Below, piece by piece: positions 62,069 through 64,000 of a DNA stretch of 64,000 nucleotides (its first letter is position 1; each line of letters starts with the position of its first letter). The DNA comes from an uncultured Chloroflexia bacterium (GTDB taxonomy: Bacteria; Chloroflexota; Anaerolineae; Anaerolineales; Anaerolineaceae), in assembly GCA_963827895.1 (NCBI GenBank), contig CAWHCY010000010.1, positions 128,355 to 192,354 of the forward strand. The letters run 5' to 3'. Made by a program: the position numbers and the translations under genes. Below the pieces are notes generated by a model. The model had not been told where the DNA came from, did no database searches, and was given only the letters and a program-made list of their open reading frames with translations.

Positions 62069-62704
62069 CTATCCCAAATTGGCCACAATAACGTCCAGCG
62101 AATCAAGCGGCATGAGGATCTTATCAAAAGATAAAATGTCTCTGATGTTGAGGTAGCTGGCCATTAATGTTTTCGCATCCGGGATATTATTGGTGGTGCG
62201 GATCACCATTTCATATTCTTCATTCTTTACGGGAATGAGAATAAGGGTGCTGCTGCCGCCAACGAGTTTATCCAATGCTTGTACCATAAAACGTGTCTTT
62301 GGCTCGGGAAGAGGCATGCCTTCCAATACTACAATGCCTGATTCCTGTGCTTTGACTGTCAGAGCGGACCGCAAGGCTGCTCGTCGCATCTGCCGGGGCA
62401 TTTGCAAGTTGTAACCATGTGGATGTGGAGTGTGAGCTCCGCCGCCGCCTTTCCATACTGGAGACCGGCTGGATCCTGACCGTGCACGCCCGGTACCTTT
62501 TTGCGCCCATGGTTTCTTACCACCACCGGCAACATCGGCACGGGTTTTTGTCTGATGTGTACCAAGCCGTGCATTCGCCTGTTGGCGAACCAGTGCCTGG
62601 TGCATCAGATCATTCTTAATGGGGGCTTCAAAGATCTCTGCAGGTAATACTACCGTGCGGACCTTCTCACCTTGCATGTTATATACATCTGCTTCCATAG
62701 TCAT
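62069..62704 (-). CDS. rplD: 50S ribosomal protein L4
   Basis: GGGKKPWAQKGTGRARSGSSRSPVWKGGG. Confidence 0.95.
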   Translation of the reverse strand: MTMEADVYNMQGEKVRTVVLPAEIFEAPIKNDLMHQALVRQQANARLGTHQTKTRADVAGGGKKPWAQKGTGRARSGSSRSPVWKGGGGAHTPHPHGYNLQMPRQMRRAALRSALTVKAQESGIVVLEGMPLPEPKTRFMVQALDKLVGGSSTLILIPVKNEEYEMVIRTTNNIPDAKTLMASYLNIRDILSFDKILMPLDSLDVIVANLG

Positions 62705-62741
62705 AATGCTCCATCACAGAAAACAATTCCGGATCACTCCG

Positions 62742-63371
62742 TTATTGTTTTCGGGCCTCACTAATCATAACAATACCGCCACGGCAGCCGGGGACGGCTC
62801 CGCGTACACCTAACAGGTTGCGCTCAGCATCAACTAAAACAACTCTTAATCTTTGTGCTGTGACACGTTCATCGCCCATATGACCGGGTCTACGCGATCC
62901 CTTATAAACACGACCGGGGGTAGTGGTTGAGCCGTTGGATCCTGGTGCACGATGTCTATCTGACTGACCATGTGTCTTGGGACCACCACGGAAATGATAT
63001 CTTTTGACAGCACCCGCGAAGCCTTTACCCTTTGATGTACCAATTACATCCACATTTTCGCCAACGGCAAAAAGGCCAACCGAGACTGTGTCTCCTTCGT
63101 TGACCTGAGGATCTTTTACACGGAATTCGCGTAAGATACGAACGGGGGGTAAATTGTTTTTCTTCAAATGACCCAGTTCACCTGCTGCCAGGCGTTTGGG
63201 TTTTGTTTCACCGAAACCAAGCTGTACTGCTGAATAACCTTCTTTTTCAGCGGTGCATATCTGGGTGACGTAACAAGGCCCAGCTTCGATGATTGTTACT
63301 GGAATGGCCGCGCCACTCTCATCGAAAATCTGGGTCATCCCGATTTTCTTGCCAATAAGCCCTTTTAACAT
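62742..63371 (-). CDS. rplC: 50S ribosomal protein L3
   Basis: MLKGLIGKKIGMTQIFDESG..IPVTIIEAGPC...GKGFAG..KR..F.GGP..HG. Confidence 0.95.
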   Translation of the reverse strand: MLKGLIGKKIGMTQIFDESGAAIPVTIIEAGPCYVTQICTAEKEGYSAVQLGFGETKPKRLAAGELGHLKKNNLPPVRILREFRVKDPQVNEGDTVSVGLFAVGENVDVIGTSKGKGFAGAVKRYHFRGGPKTHGQSDRHRAPGSNGSTTTPGRVYKGSRRPGHMGDERVTAQRLRVVLVDAERNLLGVRGAVPGCRGGIVMISEARKQ

Positions 63372-63622
63372 CCTAATATTCTCCTTGTCAAGATTTATTA
63401 TTGACGAGACTGTCAGCCTGGGCTAGGCTGCATCATCTCCGGGCGTAATTCAGTCAGTTGATAAGCTGAGCCTTTCTTATTGGCACAGACTTTTCTACTC
63501 TTGAATTACCTCTTAGTAGACGGATAATTGCTTCCGTCTAGCACGAGTTTTGATTGTACCACCAATCTGGTCATTTGACCAGAAATTGGTGTCGCAGCAA
63601 TAAGATCTGCTTGCTGCCCGTA
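63372..63622 (-). other. unusually long (251 nt) structured spacer between rpsJ and rplC
   Basis: Three stem-loops: AGACGGA-taattgc-TTCCGTCT (~63520-63541), ACCAATCTGGTCA-tt-TGACCAGAAATTGGT (~63561-63590), GCAGCAA-taagatct-GCTTGCTGC (~63594-63618). No ORF. Confidence 0.5.
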
Positions 63623-63931
63623 TTAGATCTTAATTTCGATATCGACACCGGCCGGTAAATTCAGCCGCATCAACATATCTATGGTTTTGGAATCCGGATC
63701 CAATACATCGATCAAACGATTATGGGTACGAATCTCAAAATGCTCATGAGAGTCTTTATCGATGAATGTCGCGCGGCGCACTGTAAATCTTTCGATCTTG
63801 GTCGGAAGTGGGACTGGCCCAACTACCTGTGCACCACTGCGTTCTGCCGTATCCACAATCCGCTTGGCGGATTGATCGAGAACACGGTGGTCATAAGCCT
63901 TCAGTCTAATACGTATTTTCTGTTTTGCCAT
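63623..63931 (-). CDS. rpsJ: 30S ribosomal protein S10
   Basis: [38 protein letters not shown]. Confidence 0.95.
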   Translation of the reverse strand: MAKQKIRIRLKAYDHRVLDQSAKRIVDTAERSGAQVVGPVPLPTKIERFTVRRATFIDKDSHEHFEIRTHNRLIDVLDPDSKTIDMLMRLNLPAGVDIEIKI

Positions 63932-63939
63932 ATTTACAC

Positions 63940-64000
63940 CTAGTCCAGTATTTTAGTGATCACACCGGCACCAACCGTCAGACCACCTTCTCGAATAGCA
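63940..64000 (-). CDS. tuf: elongation factor Tu, C-terminal end only (continues beyond the window)
   Basis: Reverse translation gives [19 protein letters not shown]. Confidence 0.85.
   Translation of the reverse strand, partial: AIREGGLTVGAGVITKILD

Noticed and set aside
1-64000. Programmed ribosomal frameshifting or genome-wide pseudogenisation as the explanation for the split genes
   Set aside because: The sites share no slippery heptamer or downstream structure. They hit both +1 and -1 directions, and they affect many indispensable genes at once, while the flanking codons remain perfectly conserved. Sequencing or assembly indels fit better.
1-64000. tRNA, rRNA or tmRNA genes at island borders
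   Set aside because: I scanned the intergenic regions by eye for T-loop-like GGTTCGAAT/GTTCRANYC motifs and acceptor-stem symmetry and found none. This is a weak negative that tRNAscan-SE or Infernal should confirm.

Overview
This is a bacterial chromosomal segment. The gene content suggests Chloroflexota/Anaerolineae, but I cannot verify that without a database search. The right third (46.5-64 kb, minus strand) is the classic tuf-S10-spc-alpha ribosomal protein superoperon, running through secY-adk-map, rpoA, rplQ, truA and rplM-rpsI. The middle (25.6-37.1 kb, minus strand) holds a NADH dehydrogenase operon with membrane subunits only (nuoA-H-J-K-L-M-M-N). It abuts an ATP synthase cluster with Fo genes only (atpZ-like, atpB, atpE, and a b/delta-C-terminal fusion). 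Other housekeeping genes are pnp-rpsO, proS, murE, ppk2, mazG/yabN and tnaA-like. Accessory content includes an AT-rich island at about 1.9-8.3 kb with a SUKH immunity-type gene and small membrane proteins. It also includes a GC-rich Imm-5-like gene, a RAYT transposase flanked by REP doublets, an orphan BrnA antitoxin, and a Yip1/ABC/CARDB-like/FtsX operon. I saw no rRNA, tRNA or CRISPR. The sequence as given carries about 25 single-base frameshifts, many in essential genes (secY, pnp, rpsD, rpsH, rplQ, rplV, map, nuoJ, nuoN). These are most likely assembly indel errors, and gene calls must be read across them. I did not find one clearly novel multi-gene system. The most unusual items are listed as findings with modest scores.
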